A DNA stretch of 64,000 nt from an uncultured Flavobacteriales bacterium (GCA_964435285.1 CAYSYA010000002.1:129135-193134), one strand, 5' to 3'. Positions 19,173 through 29,218 are shown, counted from the first letter of the stretch. Made by a program: numbers and translations. Notes: a model not told the origin generated them from the letters alone.

Positions 19173-22100
19173 ATGTTTATCAAAAAAATACTACTATTTC
19201 TCTTTTTTAGCTTATATATTTCATCTCAAAATAATGATGAAATAACTAATGCAATTCAAATATTTTGTGGTGATAATATAACATCTTCTACAGTCAATAA
19301 CAATTCAGATCAAGAATATTTGACATCTGTTGGTTTAAATGAATGTGGGACGACAGTGAATGAATCGTCAGGAGTTTGGTACATGATTTATGGTGATGGT
19401 CAAGAAATGGAATTAAGTATGTGTGAATCTTCTTATGATACAAAATTACATGTATTTAAAGATGATGGATTTAACTTAACGTGTGTAACTGGAAATGATG
19501 ACTCTGATTGCGAAAATTATTTACATTCAAAAGTCACTTTTTCATCTGAAGAAAATATAGTTTATTATGTATATGTTAGTGGATGGGGATCTTATGAAGG
19601 TAATTTCAATCTAAATCTTTCATGTTCATTTTTGGTAAATGGGTGTATGGATGAAGAAGCATGTAACTATGACCCTTTAGCCACTGATGATAATGATTCT
19701 TGTACTTATCCAAATGAATGTGATAATTGTGATGATGAATTATTTTGTGTTGGTTGTACTGACGTTTCTGCTATTAACTTTGAAACAGATAATGTTATTG
19801 AAGATGGATCTTGTGAATATTCGACAGTTTGTGCTGAAAACCAAGATTTAGTTTTTCTTTCACTTGTTTTCGGAAATTGGACTAGTGAAATTACATGGGA
19901 TATACAAAACGAAAATGGAGAAATAATTGCTAATAGTCCTCCACTGAATTCTTGGTATCAAGACTATGAGACTTATGGTCAATATCTATGTTTAAATGTT
20001 AATGAAACTTACTCTTTCAACTCATATGACACTTACGGGGATGGGTGGAATGGCGGTCTTTATACAATTAGCCAGTGTGATCTAGCTGTTGTTTTAGCCA
20101 ATAATAACGGAGAAGTTCCTCCAGGTTACGGAATAACTGAAGAATTCATGATGACTTCAGTTGATTGTAATTCATACGGTTGCACCAACCCTGATGCTTG
20201 TAATTATGATGCTACTGCTTTAATAGATTATGGTTGTGTTTTTTCTGATGAAATTATTGATTGCGATGGGAATTGTTACAATGATTTAAATCAAAATGGT
20301 ATATGTGACGAGAATGATATTTTTGGCTGTATGGATGACAGTGTTTCTAATTATAATCCTGAGGCAACTTTTGATAATGGTACTTGTTTATATGATGTTC
20401 AGTGCTCAAATACAGAAATTCAAATAGATGTTTTACTATCTACTGACAATTACCCCTGGGAAACTTCATTTATTTTAAATGATAATGGGGGAGTCGTTTG
20501 GGCTAATGAAGATGATGTTTTTTCAAGTGTTTATTCTGATTATTTATTTCAGTATTGTCTTCCTGTAGAGGGTTGCTATATTTTTACCGTTTATGATAGT
20601 TATGGAGATGGAATTTTTGACTCAGGAGGTCTACAAGTTTTCTATGAAAATGATTTAGTTTTAGAAAATCCTGATTTTTCTAATGAAGCATCTATAACAA
20701 TGAATTGCCCGCCAGGATACGATTGTAATACTGCCATTGAGGTGGAGTTAGGGGCATATCAAACATTATCTGACGATTTTTGGTACGTTTTTTCACCCAC
20801 TCAAAATGGACAGTATGAAATTAATACTTGTCAATCTGAATGTAATACTATTATTTATGTTTATGACTATTGTACAGGATTGTTACCAACTGAATCAAAT
20901 GATGCAACAATATATTATAACGATGATGAATGCGGCTTACAATCTCAAGTAAATCCTTTGTTTGCTGAAGGTGAATCTTATTACATAAGAATAAATGGAG
21001 ATTGTTCTGAGATTGATTGGGAAATCTCTTATGTTGGTCCTGTTGAAGGATGTATGGATCCAGCAGCTTGTAATTTTAACCCAATTGCTGAAGTCGATGA
21101 TGGTAATTGTTTATACCCTGGAGATCCTGATTGCACAAGTGGTCCAGACTTAGCAGTTTTGCCATTTGAAGATTCAATGTATTTAGAGGTTTATGAAAAT
21201 AATGATGGTTGCGCTATAGACGAAGGGTGTTTGAATGGTTATGGTACAAGATATCTTGTTAGATTTACCACATGGATTAAAAATATCGGTGATGAAGATT
21301 ATTTTATTGGTTCTGTGAATGATAATGAAGAAACTAATCAATTTGAATGGGATGAATGTCACAATCATTGGCATTATAAAGGATATGCAGAATACGTATT
21401 ATTTGATACTGAAGGACAATTAATCCCAGTTGGATTTAAAAATGGTTTTTGTGTAATGGATTTAGAATGTAGCGATGGAGGAACTGCTCAATATGGTTGT
21501 AGTATAATGGGTATTTCAGCAGGATGTGGAGATATTTATGGTGCGGGTTTATCTTGTCAATGGATTGATATAACTACTGTTCCAGATGGTGATTACACTA
21601 TGGTTGTAAGAACAAATTGGGATCAAGATCCTGATGCGCTAGGGAATGTTGAACTTACTTATGAAAATAACTGGATGCAAACATGTATAAGGGTAATTAC
21701 TTTAGAAGATGGTTCAAAAAATTATGTTCTTTCTACTGATTTAGATAATGATGGAATTGATAATATTAATGATCCAGATATTGATGGAGACGGTATACTG
21801 AATGGTGATGATGATGATATTGATGGAAATGGAATTCTAAATGATATTGATGATAATCCTTTTGGTTTGAGTGATTGTCCTTCATATACAGATTGTAACG
21901 GAGAAGAATTTGGTAACGCTCAATTAGATTGCAATGGTGTTTGTGGAGGGGAGGCTACAACAGGAGATTTGAATTTTGATGGTTTTATTGATGTTAATGA
22001 TGGACAAGAATACATTAATCAGATTATAAATAATGATATAACTCCAACAAATTGTACTGATTTAGACTCAGATGGTGAAATTACTGTTTCTGATATAGGT

Positions 22101-22871
22101 TTACTTGTAAATTGTATAAATAACTTTAGTACCATCACAAGAGATAACCAATCAGAACCTTGTCAATATGGTTTAGAAGTCACTAATCCAAATGATACTG
22201 TCTCTTTTGATATTTATGATTGGAATTTAGAAGAGGCTTATGTTGATATAAGTATTCAAAATCCAAACAATGAAGTATTAGGTTATCAATTTAAATTAGG
22301 TAATGAAGGAGTTATAATAACTGATGTTGAAAATTTAATTTCTGAGAATGATTATCCTATTACACCATCTTTTTCTGTTTATGACAATATGATTTTAGGT
22401 GTTTCATTACAAGATAGCTTAATTCAAAAAAATTATGATCCTGTTCCACTTTGTAGAGTATATTATTCATTACCTTTGGGGGTAAATATTGATGGTGATA
22501 ATTTTATATGTATTGAAGAAATAATCGATGTTGTTAATCAAGATTATGAAAATGTTATTTCTGTAAATAACACTGATGAATGTGAGCCATTCAATCAGTT
22601 TAATATTAACGAATTTGAAGGAATAACTAGTTTTGTTCTTTATCCTAATCCAACTTCAGATATTTTATATTTCAATATTTCCTTTGAAGAGAAAAAAGAA
22701 TTTGTTCTGTCTATATATGATTTAGTTGGTAATTTAATTTCGACTAAAAGTTATAATGCTAAGGATATTTCACAAGAGCTAGATTTTACATCACTTTCAA
22801 TGGGAATATATAACTTGACTGTTGACTATGAAAATGGTTTTATTAATAAAAAAATAGTTATTAAGAAATAG
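19173..22871 (+). CDS. T9SS-secreted multidomain protein with lysyl oxidase domain, Cys-rich repeats, TSP3-like and dockerin-like repeats and type A CTD
   Basis: Signal peptide; LOX motifs WDECHNHWHY, GFKNGFC, GCGDIY, CQWIDIT; five GC(T/M)x repeats; CTD LYPNPTSD...IYDLVG...GIY...KKIVI. Confidence 0.88.
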   Translation: MFIKKILLFLFFSLYISSQNNDEITNAIQIFCGDNITSSTVNNNSDQEYLTSVGLNECGTTVNESSGVWYMIYGDGQEMELSMCESSYDTKLHVFKDDGFNLTCVTGNDDSDCENYLHSKVTFSSEENIVYYVYVSGWGSYEGNFNLNLSCSFLVNGCMDEEACNYDPLATDDNDSCTYPNECDNCDDELFCVGCTDVSAINFETDNVIEDGSCEYSTVCAENQDLVFLSLVFGNWTSEITWDIQNENGEIIANSPPLNSWYQDYETYGQYLCLNVNETYSFNSYDTYGDGWNGGLYTISQCDLAVVLANNNGEVPPGYGITEEFMMTSVDCNSYGCTNPDACNYDATALIDYGCVFSDEIIDCDGNCYNDLNQNGICDENDIFGCMDDSVSNYNPEATFDNGTCLYDVQCSNTEIQIDVLLSTDNYPWETSFILNDNGGVVWANEDDVFSSVYSDYLFQYCLPVEGCYIFTVYDSYGDGIFDSGGLQVFYENDLVLENPDFSNEASITMNCPPGYDCNTAIEVELGAYQTLSDDFWYVFSPTQNGQYEINTCQSECNTIIYVYDYCTGLLPTESNDATIYYNDDECGLQSQVNPLFAEGESYYIRINGDCSEIDWEISYVGPVEGCMDPAACNFNPIAEVDDGNCLYPGDPDCTSGPDLAVLPFEDSMYLEVYENNDGCAIDEGCLNGYGTRYLVRFTTWIKNIGDEDYFIGSVNDNEETNQFEWDECHNHWHYKGYAEYVLFDTEGQLIPVGFKNGFCVMDLECSDGGTAQYGCSIMGISAGCGDIYGAGLSCQWIDITTVPDGDYTMVVRTNWDQDPDALGNVELTYENNWMQTCIRVITLEDGSKNYVLSTDLDNDGIDNINDPDIDGDGILNGDDDDIDGNGILNDIDDNPFGLSDCPSYTDCNGEEFGNAQLDCNGVCGGEATTGDLNFDGFIDVNDGQEYINQIINNDITPTNCTDLDSDGEITVSDIGLLVNCINNFSTITRDNQSEPCQYGLEVTNPNDTVSFDIYDWNLEEAYVDISIQNPNNEVLGYQFKLGNEGVIITDVENLISENDYPITPSFSVYDNMILGVSLQDSLIQKNYDPVPLCRVYYSLPLGVNIDGDNFICIEEIIDVVNQDYENVISVNNTDECEPFNQFNINEFEGITSFVLYPNPTSDILYFNISFEEKKEFVLSIYDLVGNLISTKSYNAKDISQELDFTSLSMGIYNLTVDYENGFINKKIVIKK

Positions 22872-24120
22872 GTTTTTCTATTTTCTCAGTAATGTATTTT
22901 CCAGAAAATAATTTTTCTTTGACCTCAGTAAATGCCTTAACAGTTTTATTAACATCATCATCTGTATGAACTGCTGTTGGAATTAACCTCAACATAATTT
23001 TTCCTTTAGGTATTACTGGATACGTAACAATTGAACAAAATATTCCATGATTTTCTCTTAAATCAAAAGTTAAATTTGTTGATTCAGTAACTCCACCTTC
23101 AAGCCATACAGGAGTAACACAACTTTGTGTTTTTCCTAAGTCAAACCCCTCTTTTCTTAATCCATTTTGTAACAAGTTTGTTATGCGCCAAAGATTATTT
23201 TTTAATTCAGGTTTTGTTTTTATCATCTCTAATCTTTTAATTGCACCAATAACTAAGGGCATAGGAAGCGATTTTGCGAAAATTTGAGATCTTGTTGTAT
23301 ATTTTAAGTAATCAATTACAGTTTTTTTAGAGCTAATGAAGGCACCTATACTTGAAAAACTTTTTGCAAAAGTTCCAAAGTAAATATCAATTTCACTTTG
23401 AACTCCAAAATGTTCACCAGTTCCTCTTCCATTTTTTCCCATAGTTCCAATTCCATGTGCATCATCAACAAAAAGTCTAAATGAATATTTTTCTTTTAGT
23501 TTACAAATTTTATCTAATATTCCTAAGTCTCCTGCCATTCCAAATACACCTTCAGTTATTAACAATATTGAGCCCTTTGTTTTCTCCACTACATTTTCAG
23601 CTCTTTTTAGATTTTTTTCCAAACTTTCAATGTCATTATGCAAATATTTAAATGTGGTTCCATTTAGTTTATGTAACCGTATTCCATCTAAAATACAAGC
23701 ATGTGACTCTTCGTCATAAACAATTACATCTCTTCTGTCAACTAATGCATCAACAGCAGAATGCATACCTTGATATCCAAAATTTAACAATATCGTAGAT
23801 TCTTTCTGAACGAAATCAGATAAGTTATTTTCTAATTCTTCATGATATTTTGTTTCACCAGACATCATTCTTGAACCCATAGGAGTTCCTAAACCCCATT
23901 CTTTTGCAGCTTTTGCATCTATTTTTCTTATTTCAGGATGGTTTGAAAGTCCGAGATAATTATTTATACTCCATGTTATAACCTCTTTCCCTCGAAAAAA
24001 CATTCTACTAGAAATTTCTCCTTCAAGTTTAGGATAAGTGAAATAACCATGAGCTTCTTTTGCGTGTTTTCCCAATGGAGATATCTCCATATTTTTTTCA
24101 ATTTTATCAAATAAATCCAT
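22861..24120 (-). CDS. PLP-dependent alpha-oxoamine synthase family (SPT / cysteate-fatty acyltransferase-like)
   Basis: SINNYLGL, GSRMMSG, DEESHACILDG, EGVFGMAG, VDDAHG, GTFAKS (PLP Lys). Confidence 0.85.
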   Translation of the reverse strand: MDLFDKIEKNMEISPLGKHAKEAHGYFTYPKLEGEISSRMFFRGKEVITWSINNYLGLSNHPEIRKIDAKAAKEWGLGTPMGSRMMSGETKYHEELENNLSDFVQKESTILLNFGYQGMHSAVDALVDRRDVIVYDEESHACILDGIRLHKLNGTTFKYLHNDIESLEKNLKRAENVVEKTKGSILLITEGVFGMAGDLGILDKICKLKEKYSFRLFVDDAHGIGTMGKNGRGTGEHFGVQSEIDIYFGTFAKSFSSIGAFISSKKTVIDYLKYTTRSQIFAKSLPMPLVIGAIKRLEMIKTKPELKNNLWRITNLLQNGLRKEGFDLGKTQSCVTPVWLEGGVTESTNLTFDLRENHGIFCSIVTYPVIPKGKIMLRLIPTAVHTDDDVNKTVKAFTEVKEKLFSGKYITEKIEKPIS

Positions 24121-24143
24121 AATAGTATGAGTTTTTTAAAATA

Positions 24144-24166
24144 CAAAAGTACAATTAATAAATTTG
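24144..24166. promoter_or_regulatory. Back-to-back divergent -7 elements (TACTTTTG on -, 24144-24151; TAAATTTG on +, 24159-24166)
   Basis: Two exact TAnnTTTG matches in the 61-nt spacer between divergent genes. Confidence 0.55.
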
Positions 24167-24181
24167 TTTTAATTTAGCGAT

Positions 24182-24946
24182 GTGAAAAAGGTACTATTTA
24201 TTTTATTTCTTTTATCATTTTTCTCATGTAGTAATTATCAAAAATTATTAAAGAGTGATAATTTTGACATGAAATTTGAAACTGCTTTATCTTATTTCAA
24301 TGAATCTAAGTATTCAAGGGCTTTGGTATTGTTTGAAGATATTTTAAGTGAGTTCAAGGGGAGTAATAGGTCTGAGGATATTTACTATTATTATACTTAT
24401 TCTCTTTTTTATTTAGGTGACTACACTAGTGCAGCTTATCATTTTAATAATTTTTCTAAAACTTTTTTTTCATCTGCTAAAGTTGAAGAAATGGCATTTA
24501 TGTCTGCTAAATGTTATTATTTAGATACTCCTCCTAGTCATTATGATCAATCAAATACTTTTGAGGCTATAAGGCAACTTGAGCTTTTTACTTCTAATTA
24601 CCCAGATAGTGAAAATATCACTGAAGCTGAGAATCTAATTTCTAAACTAAATTTAATTTTAGAAGAAAAAGAATTCAATATTGCATACTCTTATTTCAAG
24701 ACAAGTAAATTCAACTCTGCAATATATGCTTTTAATAATTTTATTGATTCTTATCCAAACTCTGGTTTTTTAGAAGAAGTATTTTATTGTCAAACGAAAT
24801 CTTATTTTGAATTAGCCAAAAATAGTATTGAAGAAAAAAAGGATTTACGAACAAAAGAGTTTATATTTGCATTCCAAGATTTTAGTTTGTCATATCCAAA
24901 TAGTAAATATTTAATTGAATTAAAAAAATTAAGAAATGAATTATAA
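24182..24946 (+). CDS. bamD: Outer membrane protein assembly factor BamD (lipoprotein)
   Basis: GTG start; lipobox FFSC; TPR-like helices; conserved position before rpoZ. Confidence 0.85.
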   Translation: MKKVLFILFLLSFFSCSNYQKLLKSDNFDMKFETALSYFNESKYSRALVLFEDILSEFKGSNRSEDIYYYYTYSLFYLGDYTSAAYHFNNFSKTFFSSAKVEEMAFMSAKCYYLDTPPSHYDQSNTFEAIRQLELFTSNYPDSENITEAENLISKLNLILEEKEFNIAYSYFKTSKFNSAIYAFNNFIDSYPNSGFLEEVFYCQTKSYFELAKNSIEEKKDLRTKEFIFAFQDFSLSYPNSKYLIELKKLRNEL

Positions 24947-25352
24947 AAAAACTAACGCTAGTAAAACAACTATTTCCAGAGACGTTAAGGAGTTAAGTAA
25001 AGAAACAAATAATATTTACAAGACTATCTCCATTTTATCTAAAAGAGCTAAGCAAATTGGTGTTGAAATGAAAGAAGAATTATTAGAGAAAATTGATGAA
25101 TTCGCAACCACTAATAATTCTTTAGAAGAGGTTTTTGAGAATAAAGAACAAATCGAAGTATCTAGGTATTATGAAAGATTACCAAAATCAACTTCTATAG
25201 CTATTCAAGAAATGATTGAAGGTAATGTTTATCACAGAGTTCCTGAACCTAAGGAAGAAGATTTAGATGCCTTTACAGACGTTGTAGAAAATAATAATGA
25301 AAATAATTCTGATTCTGCAAAAGAACCTAATTCTGAAATAAAAGAAGTTTAG
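24936..25352 (+). CDS. rpoZ: RNA polymerase omega subunit (Bacteroidota type)
   Basis: NIYKTISILSKRAKQI, VFENKEQIEVSRYYERLPK; context bamD-rpoZ-coaBC. Confidence 0.88.
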   Translation: MNYKKTNASKTTISRDVKELSKETNNIYKTISILSKRAKQIGVEMKEELLEKIDEFATTNNSLEEVFENKEQIEVSRYYERLPKSTSIAIQEMIEGNVYHRVPEPKEEDLDAFTDVVENNNENNSDSAKEPNSEIKEV

Positions 25353-25368
25353 ATTTCATAATTTTTTA

Positions 25369-26610
25369 ATGAAAATCAAAAATTCTTCATTATTCAAGAA
25401 AAAAATTCTCGTTGGTATTACTGGCGGTATTTCAGCATATAAATCTATTTTTCTAGTTCGTTTACTAAAACAGTGTGGTGCCATTGTTAAGGTTGTATTA
25501 ACTCCATCTGCTCATAATTTCGTTTCTCCTTTAGTGCTATCAGTTTTGTCAAAAAACAAGGTTCATACTAATTTCTATAATGAAAAAAATATATGGAATA
25601 ATCACGTAGAACTTGGTATTTGGGCTGATATTATTATTGTTGCACCAACAACTGCTAATACTATCTCTAAAATATCTCAAGGTGCATGCGACAATCTTCT
25701 ATTGGCCGTAATTTTATCAGCAAGATGTCCTGTTTTTATTGCTCCTGCAATGGATCATGATATGTATCTAAACAAAATCACCCAGAAAAATATAAGTATA
25801 CTTAAGAAAAATAATTATAATTTAATTGATGTTGATTCTGGAAGCCTTGCTAGTGGATTAAGTGGGGAGGGTAGACTCAAAGAACCTGAAAAAATTATTT
25901 CAATTTTAGAATCTTTTTGTTCTAATCAAAAACCCCTTTCTGGGCTAAATTGCTTAGTTACAGCCGGACCTACCTTTGAAAAAATTGACCCAGTTAGATA
26001 TATTGGAAACTTTTCATCCGGAAAAATGGGATGTTGTATCGCAAATGAACTACAAAAATTAGGTGCTAATGTTAATCTAATAATTGGTCCTATTTCTGAG
26101 AAAGTTGATGAAAATATGACTGTTAACAGAGTTGTTTCTTCAAAAGAAATGTATGATTTATCTTTAAAAAAATTTAAAAATCAAGACATCGTCATTTTCT
26201 CCGCTGCTGTTTCAGACTTTACACCACAAAAAAATTATAAGAAAAAAATTAAGAAAGCGGATGTACTCAATATTTCTTTTAAGAAAACAAATGATATTTT
26301 AAAGAAATTAGGTACTATAAAAACGAAGCAAGTTTTGATTGGATTTGCATTGGAGACCAATCAAGAATTAAAAAACGCTAAACAGAAGTTAAAAGATAAA
26401 AATTTAGATGCAATTATTTTAAATTCATTAAATGACAAAGGCGCAGGTTTTGGTTTTGACACTAACAAAATTACAATTATTGACAAAGACTTAAATCAAA
26501 AAAAATATCCTTTAATGACAAAAAAAGAAGCTTCTAAAATTATTGTTAAAAAAGCAACAAATATTTTTTTTAGTCGTTTAAATATTAATAAAGAAATTAA
26601 AAAGTGTTAG
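25369..26610 (+). CDS. coaBC: Phosphopantothenoylcysteine decarboxylase / ligase
   Basis: GITGGISAYK, APTTANT, PAMDHDM, TAGPTFE.IDPVRYIGNFSSGKMG, GFALET. Confidence 0.96.
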   Translation: MKIKNSSLFKKKILVGITGGISAYKSIFLVRLLKQCGAIVKVVLTPSAHNFVSPLVLSVLSKNKVHTNFYNEKNIWNNHVELGIWADIIIVAPTTANTISKISQGACDNLLLAVILSARCPVFIAPAMDHDMYLNKITQKNISILKKNNYNLIDVDSGSLASGLSGEGRLKEPEKIISILESFCSNQKPLSGLNCLVTAGPTFEKIDPVRYIGNFSSGKMGCCIANELQKLGANVNLIIGPISEKVDENMTVNRVVSSKEMYDLSLKKFKNQDIVIFSAAVSDFTPQKNYKKKIKKADVLNISFKKTNDILKKLGTIKTKQVLIGFALETNQELKNAKQKLKDKNLDAIILNSLNDKGAGFGFDTNKITIIDKDLNQKKYPLMTKKEASKIIVKKATNIFFSRLNINKEIKKC

Positions 26611-27509
26611 TGTTTAAAAATTCATTTTTACTCTTTTTTTTAATAAATACTATAATTTTCTCTCAAGAAATAAATTGTAGAGTTTCATTAAATTATTCAT
26701 CTATTCCTAGTGCTAACAAGGAAATGTTTAATTCAATGAGACAGAGTATTAATGAATTTATGAATACAACTAAATGGACCAATGATATTTTTTCTAATGA
26801 GGAACGTATTGATTGTACAATATTGATTAGAATTAATCAACAAATTTCTACTGACGAATTTACTGGTACTATTTCTGTGCAGTCATCTCGACCTATTTTT
26901 AAAAGTACTTATAATTCACCTGTAATTAATTTAGTGGATGATCAATTTAGGTTTAAATATGTTGAATTTGAACCTTTAGAATTTAATGAAAATACCCATC
27001 TTTCGAATTTAACATCTGTTTTAGCATATTATGCTTATATAATTATTGGTTTAGATTATGATAGTTTTTCATTAAATGGAGGAGATAAATATTTTATAAA
27101 GGCGCAAAAAATTGTAAATAATGCACAAAACGATAATAATGCATCAGGATGGAAGTCTTTTGAAGGTTCAAAAAATAGGTATTGGTTAGTTGAAAATTTA
27201 TTAAATCCTGATTTCGAGAATATGAGAAATTCTTTTTATAAATATCATAGAGAAGGAATGGATAATTTTACTGAAAAACCAGACATGGTCAGAGAAACTA
27301 TTGCTGATGCTTTAATTAAATTATTAGATGTTTACAACCAACGACCCAAAAGTTATTTTGTTCAATTATTTTTTGACTCAAAAACCGATGAAATTGTTAA
27401 CATATTTTCTCAGGGAACTTTAATGCAAGCAAATCAGTTAGTCAATGTTTTAACCAGAATATCACCAAAAAATTCTGATAAATGGCAAAAAATTTTAATT
27501 GGTAATTAA
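26604..27509 (+). CDS. porD: DUF4835 family protein (T9SS component PorD)
   Basis: GTG start; QEINCRV, QSSRPIF.STY, NLTSVLAYYAYIIIG.DYDSF, YHREGMD; between coaBC and recN. Confidence 0.8.
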   Translation: MLVFKNSFLLFFLINTIIFSQEINCRVSLNYSSIPSANKEMFNSMRQSINEFMNTTKWTNDIFSNEERIDCTILIRINQQISTDEFTGTISVQSSRPIFKSTYNSPVINLVDDQFRFKYVEFEPLEFNENTHLSNLTSVLAYYAYIIIGLDYDSFSLNGGDKYFIKAQKIVNNAQNDNNASGWKSFEGSKNRYWLVENLLNPDFENMRNSFYKYHREGMDNFTEKPDMVRETIADALIKLLDVYNQRPKSYFVQLFFDSKTDEIVNIFSQGTLMQANQLVNVLTRISPKNSDKWQKILIGN

Positions 27510-29180
27510 ATGTTAAGAAAATTATCAATTAAAAATTTTGCAACTATTAATGAAATAGAAATTTTTTTTAACAGTGGTTTTTTAGTCCTTACAGGTCAAA
27601 CTGGTGCTGGAAAATCAATTATTGTTGGTGCATTAAACTTAATTTCTGGAAAAAGAGCAGATTTTTCAAAATTTAATGATAAAACAAAAAAAATTATTAT
27701 TGAGGCTGAATTTAATATATCTAGTTTAGATTTTACTAATTTCTTCAAATCTAATAATATTGATTATGAAGATAGTTTAATTGTTAGAAGAGAGATTTTG
27801 CCAAATGGTAAATCTCGTTCATTTATTAATGATTGTTTGATTAGGCTAGAGGTTTTAAAATTTCTTTCAAGTAAAATTATTGATATACATTCACAACACG
27901 AGAATTTACTATTAAATGATGAGTTTTTTCAATTAAATTTTTTAGATAGTTTATTAACGTTAACTGACATAAGTTACTCCAATACATTAAAAGATTTTCA
28001 AAAAAAATTTTTGGAAAATCAAGATTTATTTCAAAAAATTGAAAAATTTAAGTTAAATAGTAAATCTGAAAAAGAAAAGTTTGAAAAATTACAGTCCTCT
28101 ATATTAGAACTTCAAAATGCTAATTTAAAAGTTGGTGAAAAAGAAGAAATTACGAAAGAGTATAATTTATTAAATAATATAGTTCAAATAAAAAATTCAT
28201 TAAATGAAATTTTATTTTTTTTTCAAGAAGAAAATGGTGTAATTGCTAAAATGAATAAATCTTATTCGCAATTAAGTTCAATTTCAAAGTACAATGATAA
28301 ATTAGCTAGTTTTAGTGAAAGACTCTCTTCAAGTCTTATTGATATAAAGGATTTAAATGAAGAAATTAATTTATTTCAAGATAGGTTGAGTGTTGATAAA
28401 AATAAATTAGAGGAAATTGAAGGCAGAATAAATTTAATTAATTATCTGGAGGATAAATATTTTGTAAGTTCTGTTGAAGATTTATTGAAAAAATTAGAAG
28501 AATTATCACATAGTTTTTCAAATTTAAATACTTCAAATAATAATTTAAATGACCTAGAGGAAAAATTTAATAAAAACAAAGAATGGTTATTAATTACTTC
28601 AAAATTATTATCCCAATCTAGAAAAGATTTTGCTACAAAAATTCAATCAATAATAATTAAAGATTTAGAGCAATTGGGAATTAAAAATGCAAATCTTCAA
28701 TTTTCGTTTAAAGAATTAGAAAATTTAAATTATTATGGTAAGGACTCTGTAAAATTACTTTTTTCTGCAAATAAAGGTCATGACTTAAAATCAATTGAAA
28801 AAGTTGCCTCCGGTGGAGAAATATCAAGATTAATGTTATGTATTAAAAAACATTTATATCTCACAAAAAAAATATCTACCATTGTATTTGATGAGATTGA
28901 CTCAGGTGTTTCTGGACAAGTCGCAGAAAAATTAGGTTTTTTTATGAAAGAAATTGCAAATAAACAGCAAATCATTGCAATTACACATTTACCTCAAATT
29001 GCGTCTATTGCAGATAATCATTATAAGGTTTTTAAAAACGAACTTGAAGATGAAAAAATAGGGACAAAAATTAACTTATTGGATAATAAAAATCGTGTTT
29101 TAGAGCTAGCAAGATTATTAAGTGGTAAAGAAATAACTAACGAAGCTATTGCAAATGCTAAAAAAATGTTAAATATTTGA
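27510..29180 (+). CDS. recN: DNA repair protein RecN
   Basis: TGQTGAGKS, GKSRSFIND, DIHSQHEN, ASGGEISR, FDEIDSGVSG, ITHLPQIAS. Confidence 0.96.
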   Translation: MLRKLSIKNFATINEIEIFFNSGFLVLTGQTGAGKSIIVGALNLISGKRADFSKFNDKTKKIIIEAEFNISSLDFTNFFKSNNIDYEDSLIVRREILPNGKSRSFINDCLIRLEVLKFLSSKIIDIHSQHENLLLNDEFFQLNFLDSLLTLTDISYSNTLKDFQKKFLENQDLFQKIEKFKLNSKSEKEKFEKLQSSILELQNANLKVGEKEEITKEYNLLNNIVQIKNSLNEILFFFQEENGVIAKMNKSYSQLSSISKYNDKLASFSERLSSSLIDIKDLNEEINLFQDRLSVDKNKLEEIEGRINLINYLEDKYFVSSVEDLLKKLEELSHSFSNLNTSNNNLNDLEEKFNKNKEWLLITSKLLSQSRKDFATKIQSIIIKDLEQLGIKNANLQFSFKELENLNYYGKDSVKLLFSANKGHDLKSIEKVASGGEISRLMLCIKKHLYLTKKISTIVFDEIDSGVSGQVAEKLGFFMKEIANKQQIIAITHLPQIASIADNHYKVFKNELEDEKIGTKINLLDNKNRVLELARLLSGKEITNEAIANAKKMLNI

Positions 29181-29218
29181 AAAATAGATACTATAAATGA
29201 TTATTTAATTTGTGACTT

